From NCBI RefSeq assembly GCF_006345805.1, contig NC_042997.1:157542001-157606000 (forward strand): 64,000 nt of DNA, read 5' to 3'. The position numbers and the translations under genes were made by a program. Shown in pieces: positions 10,537 through 23,540 of this stretch. The first letter of the stretch is position 1, and every line of letters starts with the position of its first letter. The notes under the pieces were generated by a model that saw only the letters and a list, made by a program, of their open reading frames with translations, did not search any database and was not told where the DNA came from. The stretch comes from Octopus sinensis. Its lineage: Eukaryota.

Positions 10537-10905
10537 TAATTAATAAAAATTAAACATATGCATATATACATACATATATGTACGTACCTACCTCTACATG
10601 TATATATACATGCCTATATGGGTACAGGACACAAAAAAAAACGTCGAACACAATGAGAAACGAAAACATAAACACAAGGCGACTGAAGAAGGGGAATTTT
10701 CCTTGTTTTGTATGTCCTTTACTCTATTTTTTCGTTGCTTAAGAAAAATGTCCATTTCCGTGGTTTTGTGTTTATGTTTTCGTTTCTCATTGTGTTCGAC
10801 GTTTTTTTTGTGTCATGTACCCATATATGCATGTATATAACATGTAGAGGTAGGTACGTACATATATGTATGTATAGATGCATATGTTTATTTATTTATT
10901 AATTT
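10537..10905. repeat. Fold-back: ~140-bp inverted arms with ~88-nt spacer, Penelope-type pLTR remnant in (TA)n
   Basis: 10537-10677 is the reverse complement of 10766-10905; the arm sequence ATATGGGTACAGGAC recurs at ~35412 and ~62944. Confidence 0.8.
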
Positions 10906-12348
10906 TATTATATATATATATATAATATATATATATATATATAATATATATAATATATATATATATATTATAGGCAAACCAGGATTCCTCATGAAAATGT
11001 TAATGTTTACTCTTGGGATTTATTGAGATTTGTTGATTCACATGGCCAACTTAGATATACTTGAAACTGAAGTTTTCCAAATCAAAAGGGAATATCTGTT
11101 GGTATGAGAAGAATTCTGAACATAATTGTTTCTCCTCCTTCGACAAACCCATTGAGATTAGTACAAGCTAATTAACCCTTAGCCTTGCGTGGTTGCGTAG
11201 TCTCTGATCTAAATTACGGAACCACTTTATGGAGGATTTTTATTTTAAATTGAAATTTGTGTAGCAGTAAACCTGAAGATTCTAAAGAAACTCTTTCTGA
11301 GTCACAACGCCATTGAATGTAAGTTTGCCTATTTATGAGAAATGTCCGCACCAATTGCCAGTTGTAAACGATAATCGTATAACTATTTTGCACAGCCTCT
11401 GCTGTGTAAAGTAATGATGTAGGCCGAGGAAGGGAATCTTTCTCTTCCAACTTACCACAACATTTTTGAAAAAGACGGACTCACATGTTTGTAGGCATTT
11501 TGGCAATTTAAACTTCAGTTCAAAATTGATCAGGCTGGACAATTTTGTTCATTTTTGAATTAGTGGTAAATATGACATAAGTCTCATGACAACCATTCAA
11601 CCAATGTTCTGTCTAGAGCTTTCAAAGTTCTCTTGTGTATCACTGTCTATTCATCCCTTACAATCATTTGTGCGTAAATCTAAAAGGCAGAGTATGCTTT
11701 ATGGTTCTCAGCAAGAAGTATGGTGACAATACTTGGAAAAGAAACTGCAATAATTATGCATTTATGTTGATGAAATTATCAATCAATAGACTGACCGGGG
11801 ATACTTATTTACACAAGGAATCAAGAAAGGAGAGTTCAGCTTCTTCGCGGATCCTATAAACAATAATAATAATAAGGTTGAATCTTATAAAAAATAATAG
11901 TGAACCTATTGAATCCATGCTAATTTATATATGATCTCAAAGTATTGTCATATCTTTCTCAAACATTCTGTTGAACTTCAGTGACGTTAGATTGTGATAG
12001 GCTGGATTTTGAAGATCTTCACTATTTATATTCTCAAGCTTGTTTGCAATGTCCTCGTCATGTACATTGTATATTATATCTAAGAATGCTAAACGCTACT
12101 GGCTGTCAAGCAGTGGTAGAGACCAAACACAAACACAAACACGCACACAGACACAGACACACACACACACACACACACACATACACACACACACATGCAC
12201 ACACGCACACGCACATATATACACGATGGGCTTCTTTCAGTTTCCGTCCAGTAGATCCACTTACAAGGCTTAAGACAGCCCGAAGCTATAGTAGAAGACA
12301 AGTGCCCAAGATTCAACACAGTGAGACATGACCCGAAGCCATCTGTGA

Positions 12349-12379
<31 letters not shown>

Positions 12380-12388
12380 TATATATAT

Positions 12389-12433
<45 letters not shown>

Positions 12434-12505
12434 ATATATATGATAGAAATAATAAGACAACGAAAGAATGAAAGAGACGTCATATTTGTAATAGAGGAAT
12501 TTATC

Positions 12506-12668
12506 TGTAAATGTAATATGTGACAATTATTCGGTAGCCATCATAAAACTCCGAATTTCGGATGTCGGGATCCAAAATGCTAACCACTAAGATGGCAGCG
12601 TGGATTTCCATCCCGACTTTCGAAACTCGGAGTTTCATCATGGCTACCGAATAATCGTCACATATTAC

Positions 12669-12675
<7 letters not shown>
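12506..12675. repeat. Fold-back of Penelope pLTR end (66-bp arms, 38-nt loop)
   Basis: Arms 12506-12571 and 12610-12675. The plus strand GTGGATTTCC...GAAACTCGGAGTTT...CTACCGAATAA...CACATATTAC is homologous to the 3' terminus of the Penelope element at 41723-41815. Confidence 0.75.
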
Positions 12676-12733
<58 letters not shown>

Positions 12734-13789
12734 ATATATACAGCTTCCGTCTACTAAATTCATTAATCAGCCTTTGTTCGGTGCCAAGCAGTGGGACCGA
12801 ACCCAGAACCATGTGGTGGGGCAGAAACGTCTTATCACATAGCCACACCTATTCCTATGTTTACTTATTTATTTTTATTTTTATTTTTCCTCACATTGAG
12901 TTGCGATTGAAAGGAATATTGACATCATTTTGTCTGAAAGTTTTGTAAATTTTAGAAATTGTCAATACAATGGTATGAAGTTACATCTGTTTGGTCGCTC
13001 GACTTGCAACCCTTCAGATAACATCAAACGGACTTTAGAAAAGACAAGACATATTCTGCTGTCACTGAAGATGGCTACTCCATCAATGGTAACATAAAAT
13101 AGTGTTCCCCGATTCCAAGATGTTACGTCTCTGGGGGATTGTTAAACACCGAATTATTTCTCCAAATCCCCAAAACCATAAGATGATATGAAAAGTTGTA
13201 AACAGTCACGTCTTTTATTACTCGCGTCTGCCTTACTTCACAGTGACCCTCGTAACCTTTATGGGAACCATCGGTCCTATAGACGTAGATATACTAGAAT
13301 CTTGTTTTATGTACAAAGCGAGAGGGAGCCTCGATGTAGTTGCTCAACTAGCTACAGATAGCAATGAAATGCTCCTCAAATGACTCCATACCATCCTAGA
13401 TACAAACTGGATATATCGGACAATGTAGTCATGCATACCTCTAGAAAGACGGAATGATCATAGCTGGAAGTCCTTTGCTTGTACTACTTCATAACTAGCA
13501 TTCCATCGGTTACGACTATGGTACAGCCTGCTCGTAAAATTAACATACAAGCAGCTGAGCACTCCATAGGCACGAGTAATTTTAGCGTAGTTCTCATGGA
13601 GATTCAACGTGACAAGGCTGGCTCTTTGAATTACAAGCGCTACTCATTTTTGTCAGATGACAGAACTGGGGGAAACTTAACTAAAGTGTGTTGCTCAAAG
13701 ACACAACGTTCTGTTGAGTATCGAACTGATGGCCTTACGATTGTGAGCCGAATACTCTAACCTCTTTGCAAGTGATAAGGCTCATTCCC

Positions 13790-14030
13790 AAGTCATATAA
13801 ACTCATAGGACAGATTTTTCCGGTTTTCATAACCCTTATATTCCCCACTGGACGGGGCGCCGCTCCGTCGAAGGATGACTCGTTTTTGACAGCTAGTGGA
13901 CTGCAGCAACGTGAAATGAAATATTTTGCTCAAGAACACAACGCATTGCTCGGTCCAGAAACCGAAACCATAATCTTATGATCATGAATCCAACATGCTA
14001 ACCACTAAGCCATGCGCCTGCACTTACTGA
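13790..14030 (-). mobile_element. tRNA-derived SINE with CORE/Meta-like central box (family C)
   Basis: Minus strand GGCGCATGGCTTAGTGGTTAG...GCGTTGTGTTCTTGAGCAAAATATTTCATTTCACGTTGCTGCAGTCCACT; related pieces at 13560-13730 (-) and 29360-29590 (+). Confidence 0.65.
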
Positions 14031-14499
14031 ACCAGGATTAATATGGAATGAACCAACATTGATAATAACGACAACGATATCTTCCTACTGAATTTAGAAT
14101 TAAAAAAATAGCCTAAGAATTGAAAGAAAATCTCAGTAATCAAAATCAAACATAAAATTTATGTTTTTACTGCCTCGATATTAGGCAACACACCGACAGG
14201 GAATTTCAGCTGTGGCTCAAGTAGAATTGAAAAAAGGAAAATAATCCCTCCCCCAAAATAGCATTGAGTAGAATGCAATTATCACCATGTTGAAATTAAT
14301 TTCCTGTGTTGTATGCATTTTCAACAAAAATAAACAAACAAAAAACAATGACCTAAATGCTTCGTGAAATGGTTGAGACCAATATTTCACGAACTACTTA
14401 ACTGAGACTCGAAGTCACAATTTTAAGGCACGATGTGGTAACATAGGTTCCGTTGAGTTAATCTTATTAATCCACTACCCATCACAAACAAACACATAG

Positions 14500-14585
<86 letters not shown>

Positions 14586-14903
14586 ATACGCACACATACA
14601 CACACACACACAAACACATACACAATCTGCTTGTGAATATTGCTAGAGAGGAGAAATACCCAAGAAGCAAGAGCCATGAATATCGTGGGTCATTTGATTT
14701 AATTACTGATTTTGTAGTCATTGGACTTCCTCCATACTGGGGTAGCCCGCTGGGGATTTAACCAAGAAACGAAAAGCTCTGAACGTGAAGAGACGTAATT
14801 AACTAACTCACTATACTGTTGTTCGATGCACCAATTCTGCAAGTCTACTGATACTTACATACATATCCACATGCTCCTATATGTGTATATATATGTGAGT
14901 GTG

Positions 14904-14954
<51 letters not shown>

Positions 14955-15620
14955 ATATATATATACATATATATATATGTATGTATATATACATATATGT
15001 ATATATATATATATGTATATATATATACGTATGTATATATATTTATACAGACACAGACAGACACACATACATGTATACATATAGACATACACACCTAAAT
15101 TTCTATATATGTACTTGCATTTATATATAGGTATGGATATATAATATCGGTATATACATGATTTTGTGTGTTTGTGTGTGTGTGTGTGTGTGCATTTGCG
15201 CATGCAGGTATATATGTGCATGCGTTTGTTCAAGAAAATGTCTCGATATCTGTTTTTTAGTCAGCATCGCTTGAAAAACAGTAGTTTGTGTTCCTATTTC
15301 TTATATTAAAGGTTGCGCGAAGTGACCAATAAAATGTATCACAAATAAGCATTAAATATCATATGTTCGACTAGAACCCTTCAACTCCTTCCCAGTATGG
15401 CTGTTGTCCATAGTTAAAGCAAGTGAAATATTAACACACACACACTAAACACATGCACACATACAGATGCATACACGCAAGCACACATACCATGGACATG
15501 GTTCATCAAATGGAGGCAATGAATTCATATGAGAATTATAAATGAAATTTTAAAGTTAATAGACATTTGGAAGCAACTCAAGTTTCATGTTCGTGCAAAA
15601 TATTTTAGTTTAGTTTAAAT

Positions 15621-16273
15621 CAGTGCTTCTCACCGGGGGTCCATATGACCCTTTGGAGTCCAATGTAAGATTTTGCTATTAAAATTTATGCGCAATAAAT
15701 TGGTTAAACTTTTACAATGCACAAAATATTCTAATAATTTTTTATAGGCGTGGCAATGTGGTAAGAAGCTTGTTTCCCAGTCATATGGTTCTGGGTTTAG
15801 TCCCGTTGCGTGGCACCTTGGGCAAGTGTTCTACTATAACCTCGGGCCGGCCGAAGCCTCTGAGTGGATTTGATTGACAGAAACTGCAAGAAGCCAGTCG
15901 TATATATATATATATATATATGTATATTTATGCGTGTGTCTCTTTGTGTCTGTGTTTATTCCTCCACCATCACTTGACAACCGGTGTTGTTGTGTTTACA
16001 TCCTCGTAACCTTGTGGTTCGGCAAACGACTGATAGACTTATTCTTAGAAAGAGTAACTCCTGGGGACGATTTCTTCGACTAGAACCTTTCAAGAAATGC
16101 CCCAGCATGGTCACAGTCAAATGACTGAAACAAGAAAAAGGATAAAAGAATTCCTAATAATATTTAGTTATAGAATGTTTTAGAATTTTTTGAACATCGA
16201 ATGGCTATGAGGGTTCACCTAACAAAAATTGGAATCAAAAGGATCCATAGGTAAAAATGACCGAGAACCACTT
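15621..16273. mobile_element. hAT-type MITE interrupted by a SINE
   Basis: Termini CAGTGCTTCTCA... and ...GAGAACCACTT resemble hAT/Charlie TIRs; family A SINE inserted at 15745-16150. Confidence 0.5.
15745..16150 (+). mobile_element. SINE family A, complete
   Basis: Head, (TA)n linker and tail all present. Confidence 0.85.
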
Positions 16274-17007
16274 GTTAAGATAATCGAAGTTTATTCGTCT
16301 CATGCATTGATCGGGTCGCGTCAGGAAATGTTCTAAGCATAGCTGACAACAATTTACGAGACATTGCGACATTTCAGCTTCCAGCTTTTTCCTCTTTCAC
16401 CTACATAACAAGCTGCTATTTACTACTCCTGACAAACAACATCCAGATGCAGCCACAGCTCTAACTTGAACCATTATAGACTATCCGAAGAACTATGGCT
16501 AACAGTATACCAAAATATTGTAGACCTTCTCAACGACTATAGGTAATCTCCCATGCGCATACCGTACAGCCAAAATATTTCTTGACACTTGACCAAACAT
16601 TTTGTGTATGTGAGTTGTTCCATCTCAATTTTATACTTCCTTGCAGATACCACATTTTCTTGCGTAATTTTGTGAATTACTGCCAGTTACATTTTGTATT
16701 ATTTTCTGACAATTTGATGAATGAATTCGGAGATTAAGCTTCATATATCCCAAACGAAGAAAAATATTTCATCTGAAAATGAAACTTGAGTCACCGCTAA
16801 GATCCCTTTGAATTATTGTACATAAAACACACTACACATATATACACATACACTTGCATACACATACACATACACGAATTGAATACGAAGTGGATAATGA
16901 GACATATTCACAGCCGTTTAAAGTACCACAAGATAAGTTTTAAAAACTGTTTTAATTCCATAAAATTTATCTCAGGCTGTCTGAAGCCCATCAGCTTGTG
17001 TGTGCGT

Positions 17008-17039
<32 letters not shown>

Positions 17040-17101
17040 CTGAGAGAGAGAGAAGAGAGAGAGAGAGAGACTGAGAGAGAGAGAGAGTGCGTGCGTGTGT
17101 T

Positions 17102-17144
<43 letters not shown>

Positions 17145-17495
17145 ATATTATATATATATATATATATAAATTAATTATTTAATTGCCATGCCAAAAAACG
17201 TGCAATAAAAGATTTACTCTTGGCATTATAATTAAGTTCCAGCTTGTGTTTAGTATAAATAACCATTTGAGGTAATTTATTTTCATTGGCAAATGAATGA
17301 GGTGGTATTTGTTCTCTGATGAGTGGTCACCAAACCGTAAAATGTTAGGACAATTTTTAAAGATTCTTCTTTGTACCAACAGAATAAGATGTATTCACAT
17401 CTGTTTAAGTTCCAAAGTAAAAGGCTTAAATCTGCAGCTTAAATCTGTAGTTTAGTAAAATTTGTCTTAGGTTTCCTAAAATACGCCGTGTTGTG

Positions 17496-17569
<74 letters not shown>

Positions 17570-18412
17570 GTGTGTGTATGTGTACATATCCAACAGGTTT
17601 TTATAGAATATCCATCTGCCAAATTTCATCTACAAGGCTTTGGTATATCCGAGGCTAGAATAGACGACTATAACTCAAGACCTTGCGCAGCGTTGGCGAA
17701 ATCGGAACCTCGTGGTTATGAAATGAACCACTGAAGCCTATGGAAATAAGTGTCATATCTGGAAATTACATCTATTAACTTCGCTTGGATACACTCCATT
17801 AATGATAATATAGGAGCTATGTTAGTAGAAATAATGTATAACATGTATATAGGCATACCAAATATTACATTCCTTAACAGAATAATATCAACTAATTGAT
17901 AGCGCGCCTGAATGGCGTTACAGGATAAGTTTTGCTAAACAAAATGTTATGCATGAAGACACTTATCTTCAGGTGGGCTTGTAAATTGGTTTCGATCTCT
18001 GCGTTTGAAACCTATTCACATTGCAAAACACATATAATGGATGGCACGGTTTACGATATCTGGAGAATATCGCCTTCCTTCATTATCTCTTTTTGTTCTT
18101 CGTGTAGTTCATGCTCCGGCAGGCGAAGAGAGAAGACTTCAAGTACAAATGCTATTTACAACTGGTTTATTTACTAGTTTCACAGGATAGGAGAAGTGTG
18201 ATGCTCTCAGCAACCATCTTTAGCCGTGTGCGTTGTGTAGTAGCTCCGTTAGTGCGGGCACATTGCCTCTGGAGGTACGACATACAGACAGGCCCAGCCA
18301 AATGGAGTGCGCTAAGCCAGCGCTGCTGCTAAGAGGCGGAAAGAGAGGCAGTAAAAGAGAGAATGAAACTGTTTCTGTTTTGCTCCTATATACTACAGTT
18401 TGCCATCGCAAA

Positions 18413-18643
18413 GGTGGTGAGCTGGCAGAAACGTTAGCACGCCGGGCGAAATGCGTAGCCGTATTTCGTCTGTTGTTACGTTCTGAGTTCAAATTCCGCC
18501 GAGGTAGACTTTGCCTTTCATCTTTTCGGGGTCGATAAATTAAGTACCAGTCACGCACTGGAGTCGATGTAATCGATTTAATCCCTTTGTCTGTCCTTGT
18601 TTGTCCCATCTGTGTTTAGCCCCTTGTGGGTTGTAAAGAAATA
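18413..18643 (+). mobile_element. tRNA-derived SINE family B
   Basis: GGTGGTGAGCTGGCAGAAACGTTAGC...GTTCTGAGTTCAAATTCC (A/B boxes) ... TTTGTCCCATCTGTGTTTAGCCCCTTGTGGGTTGTAAAGAAATA. Confidence 0.85.
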
Positions 18644-19187
18644 TATATACAATTTGCCATCGTTGTGATCTCGCGCATGGCAAATGGATGCAGGTGAGGT
18701 CTCGCTCCAGTCTCGGAGATGGCAATGGCTGCCGTGGGATCTAATCCAATATGACGCTGACTGCTTGTGCCGCTACACACATATCATGAACTGCATAGAG
18801 AATAACAAGAACTACATAGTTTAATTTTTACATCCCTTTAAACTTATGTGCTTTGTACCGAGATTAGCAAGCAACATAGACTCACGTGCAACTTGACAAC
18901 TGAAGCTTAGGAGGTTTTGAAGTTATAGAATCATACCCTACAGATATAATCCTTATCTCATCTGGCAAGACTGATCGCATATTTGGAAAAATTAAACATT
19001 TTAATGTTATGTTATTCTTTAGAAATTTCAGTTACCAGTTTCATATACATACATACACACATACATATATACATAGAGAGAGAGAGAGAGGAGAGACAGG
19101 GAGAGGAGGAGAGAGACTTATATACATGCACAAATACAGACGCTCATATAGGCATACATACATGCACATATATACGAGTATGTATGA

Positions 19188-19225
<38 letters not shown>

Positions 19226-19407
19226 AACACTCACATACACACGCACACACACACACACATACACACATACATATACACACGTGCTCGCATATATATTTCT
19301 TTAATAATTACGCAGTTACGTGTGCGAAAGAATGTGTAGTGTATGTATGTGTGAGTTGCTGTGTCTGGCTATGTGTGATCAGCACGACAGTATTCCATAT
19401 AATAATG

Positions 19408-19465
<58 letters not shown>

Positions 19466-19470
19466 TAAAG

Positions 19471-19531
<61 letters not shown>

Positions 19532-19634
19532 TATTTTGGTGGGTTGGTGGTGATGATGGTGGTGTCATCAACTAAAATTTGTTTTACAGATTCAAAATAT
19601 TACGAATTCGAGTTTTGTCACACCTGAACGGAAA

Positions 19635-19793
19635 GATTAACAGAGCGAGATTATTAAAAGAGGAAACGGTTTAAACCTAATCCCATCAGTAATCAAAGTG
19701 CCGGATTACCTTGTAACGAGAAACCGTTCATAATCCAACATAGGAAATGGAAGTATGAGACATTTTAATTAAGTTCTGTGTAATGACGTAATC
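19635..19793. promoter_or_regulatory. Candidate homeodomain (K50-type TAATC/GATTA) site cluster
   Basis: Seven TAATC/GATTA motifs in ~160 bp (19635, 19649, 19678, 19690, 19703, 19731, 19789), three of them TAATCC/GGATTA. Confidence 0.35.
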
Positions 19794-20368
19794 AGCGCGA
19801 AAAACATTCTCAAGGCGCCTTCTTTAGCAGTGAGGGAATTAGAGATGTGAATCTTAGATACAGGAATATATTCGGGTTTTATGCAGTAAATATGGCGCTT
19901 AAGTGTGTGCGTATGAGAGAGAGAGAGAGAGAGAGAGAGAAAGAAAGAAAGAAAGAGAAAGAGAAAGAGAGAGAGAGAAAAAGAGAAAGGGAAAAAGAGA
20001 GAGAGAAAGAAGAGCCAAATAGAAGAAGAGTTGTAAAGAGGAAATTGAGAGAAAACGGTGTATGAGCGAGTGAGTAAAATGTCAGAGAATTCGACGGAGA
20101 GAGGAAGAAAGGAGGAAGAGGGCGAGAGAGAAAAGAAGAAAGAAAGAAAGAGAGAGAGAGAGAAAAGGAGAGAAGGGGCGTGGCCCCCAGCAAACCAATC
20201 AGTCAACCAACCAGTTGACCAACGAACAAAGCTAAAGAGATGAATATTGAGAGACAAAGAGAGAGTTACCTAATCCCCTTCATTAGGTTACAGCTGTTTT
20301 GCTATGAGAAACATTGCATTTAGCACATATATGTATGTATAAATATATATATATACATATATAGAGAG

Positions 20369-20479
20369 AGAATGGTTGTATACTGTCAATCTAACACGAA
20401 CGTGACAGTAGGGGGTACACCACCGCCCCACCACCCCTACAGTCACGTTCGTGTTAGATTGACAGCATACAACTATTCT
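20369..20479. repeat. 111-nt hairpin (46-bp arms, 19-nt loop)
   Basis: 20369-20414 pairs with 20434-20479 with 3 mismatches (one G.U on the plus strand). Confidence 0.85.
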
Positions 20480-20530
20480 ATCGCCCCACCACCGTACATG
20501 TCTCTACGAGAGATTTAGAAATTTAGTATT

Positions 20531-20588
<58 letters not shown>

Positions 20589-20729
20589 AGTATATGTATA
20601 CGTGTCCATGCTTGTACGTACCTAACATATATATATATATATATATTATATATATACACATATACACACTCATAACGAAATGTTAGCGCCGAGGAGTGCT
20701 TATTGTTTTGGCATAAGCAAAATGTAAGG

Positions 20730-21620
20730 TCAATTAAAATGTTTGTGGCATATTTCAACTCCTAAAAGCAAATTGACTGTAGTTTGACGACTCTGAACAA
20801 ATAGGGTGTCCACAAATATCTGCCAGGGTACATTTATACTGCCTGCAGTGAGAGACCAATCAACTGAAAGACCAATCAACGAGTAAAAGATCGTGGGAGA
20901 TTGCATTTTAGTTAGCATTGTGGAGATCCATGAAATCAAAAGGGTGTGTTGGATTGAAATCGTAAGGCGTCACAATTGGTTGCTGGAATCTCAGGCTGCA
21001 GAGTACTATGTCATGATCAGAAAGAAGAATTTTTTCCACTGCATTATTGTGGATAGTGTTAGTATAGTTACCACAAATTCCAATGTGTTTTTGGTGAATC
21101 TCGTCGGCGCAAGCACAAGTTGGAAATGGAAAAATTAGTCCATGAATTTGAATAGTGACTCCACAGCTACCTTGTGGATTTCAAGGTGTGATTAGACCAG
21201 TCAATACTCGGGTAAATGAAGTCATCCATAATTAAAATATCAGATTGGTGCTGTTGGACGAAAGGTTTAATATTCATGAGGAATTCACCACTACCATGAA
21301 ACATGGTAGTGGTGAATGTGGCGCCACGTAGAGTCCAATTATTGCTAAATCATTAGATTTGTTGTACACATATACTGATTCACAATAGCCACTGAAGAAC
21401 GAGGCGTTTGGATCTTCGGCAAATGAATCTTGAAGGAAAATGGCAACTCTTCCCCTTCTTCTGCCGGTGCGGTCCGCGCAAATGGAGGTAAAATTCCACA
21501 CTCTTGCTTTGGCTTCCAAGTAGGAGTTATCAAGGTGGATTTCATTGAGGACGAAGAAAAGAATGTGATGAGAGAAGTCGGCAATCTAATCTTCAACGAA
21601 GTGAATAAGTAATAATAATA
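20730..21620 (-). pseudogene. LINE apurinic endonuclease relic (CR1/L2/Jockey-group)
   Basis: Minus strand FTSICADRTGRRRGRVAIFL (DR.GRRGGGVAI motif), CESVYVYNKSNDLAIIGLYVAP (IYRPP-like), LSDHDIVLCSL (SDH motif), then the DW...W..F linker. The element may extend upstream to ~22380. Confidence 0.75.
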
Positions 21621-22744
21621 AGGTCCCTGATTATCACTCTCATTGTCAGTATCATTTATAATAGCATCAACCCTAGTAACAATTGTATTAGGACTATGGC
21701 TCACCATTTCATAAACGCAGGACAAACCTGATAAAAGCATAACTGAATATTTGGATGTAATGGAGTATGTAAAAGCTACTAACAACCTATTCTGCTGTGA
21801 ATCCTTCTGTATATTATACGAGGATAAATTCTGCCTCCTTAATTACTTTTCAGTTGACATCACAAAACTTTCTCTCATTACCCTAAATCTCTGTTCCGAC
21901 TAAACAAATTAGTTCTTCCTTTCAGCCTTACATTGTACATCTAAAATTTGCTATACTTAGAATTGTCTTGTTTTAGCACCTATCCACCAATCTTGCACCC
22001 CTTCTGTCTCTCTAATCAACGCACTATTACATCACCTGCCTTCTCAAATTTTACTATTCTTTGCTTTTGACGTGACTGACACAAAATTAGTGTCATTATA
22101 ATTCATGTTTATTGTTTTTTCCCTATTTACTGTGACTGATTTGTTGTATACTGTTTGCTTGCTCTATATTGATTGTCCATTACGTTTTTCTCCGGTCTTC
22201 CTTTAGTTTAGTTTCCCTCAGCAGTTTTATCTGTCTCCCATTTTTCTATAATTCTTCTTACTTCAATACCCTCTCTACATTTCTTGTCACTATTTTCCAA
22301 TTGAACTTATATGTATTTATAAACACTACTTTTTACTAAGCTATTTGCCCGTGTCTTCTGACGAGGATAATATGATTCTGCATAAGGAGACACTAAAAAA
22401 TACGTGGCAGTCCATACACTTACAGTGTTAATGGACTTCATTAGATAATGTACAAGGTTACGCACCAGTCATTGTAAATCGGAAACAATTTGAACTATTA
22501 GCTGAACGGTGTGGCTCTATCTCACATAGATCATACAATCATAAAATATCGGTAGATTTGTAATTACCATTCTTTTGGCAAACGTATTTCACGGGTGTAT
22601 AGCATCCCCTTTGTGGAAGAGTTTTGAAAGAGCTTACATATTGGCATACTCAGCTACGAAGTGAATTTTCCATTAAGCTGGTGATGTATACTTCACTGTT
22701 ATATCAGCAGTATTGGCCTGATAAACAGTATGGTTACTCAAACA

Positions 22745-22858
<114 letters not shown>

Positions 22859-22962
22859 TTAACTATTTATCTATCTATTTATATTTATCCCTATAAGAGG
22901 AGCTTGTTTCCTTGCATTGGATATATATATATATATATATATATAAATACACATACATGCCT

Positions 22963-23055
<93 letters not shown>

Positions 23056-23444
23056 AGATGAAAGAATGTATGGTAAATAAACAAACGGCACAACGTATAC
23101 TGAGTCTACAACCGGACGGGAGACAAACGCAGAATGTCCCTAATTCTTCATCAGTTTTCAACTAATTTAGTAATACTCAGCTTCGCACTATTAATGATAA
23201 GACTGAGAACTTCCTATATTGGCGGTGCCCGCAAAACTTTTTTGCGGAGAATTTAGGGCCGAGAGGAAAGAAAACAATATAGAATGGACATACAAAAGTG
23301 AATAAGTGAGATTTAGGACGATGGACAAAAACGAAATATATAAAATAAAGTATGAACAAAATAGCCTTAGGACCAAAAAGCCAATAATAGTTGGTAACAC
23401 TTAGAAGACATCCTAAAGGATAATGAACAGTGAGACAGAGAATA

Positions 23445-23540
23445 TGTATGTATTATACATTATTGTATATTTGAAATTTGAAAATATACATTATTGTATA
23501 TTTGAAATTTGAAAATATACATTATTCTATATTTGAAAAG
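23445..23540. repeat. 31-bp tandem repeat (TATACATTATTGTATATTTGAAATTTGAAAA) x~2.7
   Basis: Direct reading. Confidence 0.85.

Noticed and set aside
11214-11542. Overlapping minus-strand ORFs as a host exon or L1 fragment
   Set aside because: No recognisable motif and no convincing splice boundaries.
17900-18330. Possible mariner/Tc1 N-terminal relic on the minus strand
   Set aside because: Only vague similarity (SIICVLQCE*VSNAEI); no catalytic motif or TIR.
23445-23540. Short repeat arrays as CRISPR-like (also 5961-6018, 46100-46165 and 41925-41975)
   Set aside because: They are contiguous tandem units with no unique spacers, in a eukaryotic context with no cas genes.
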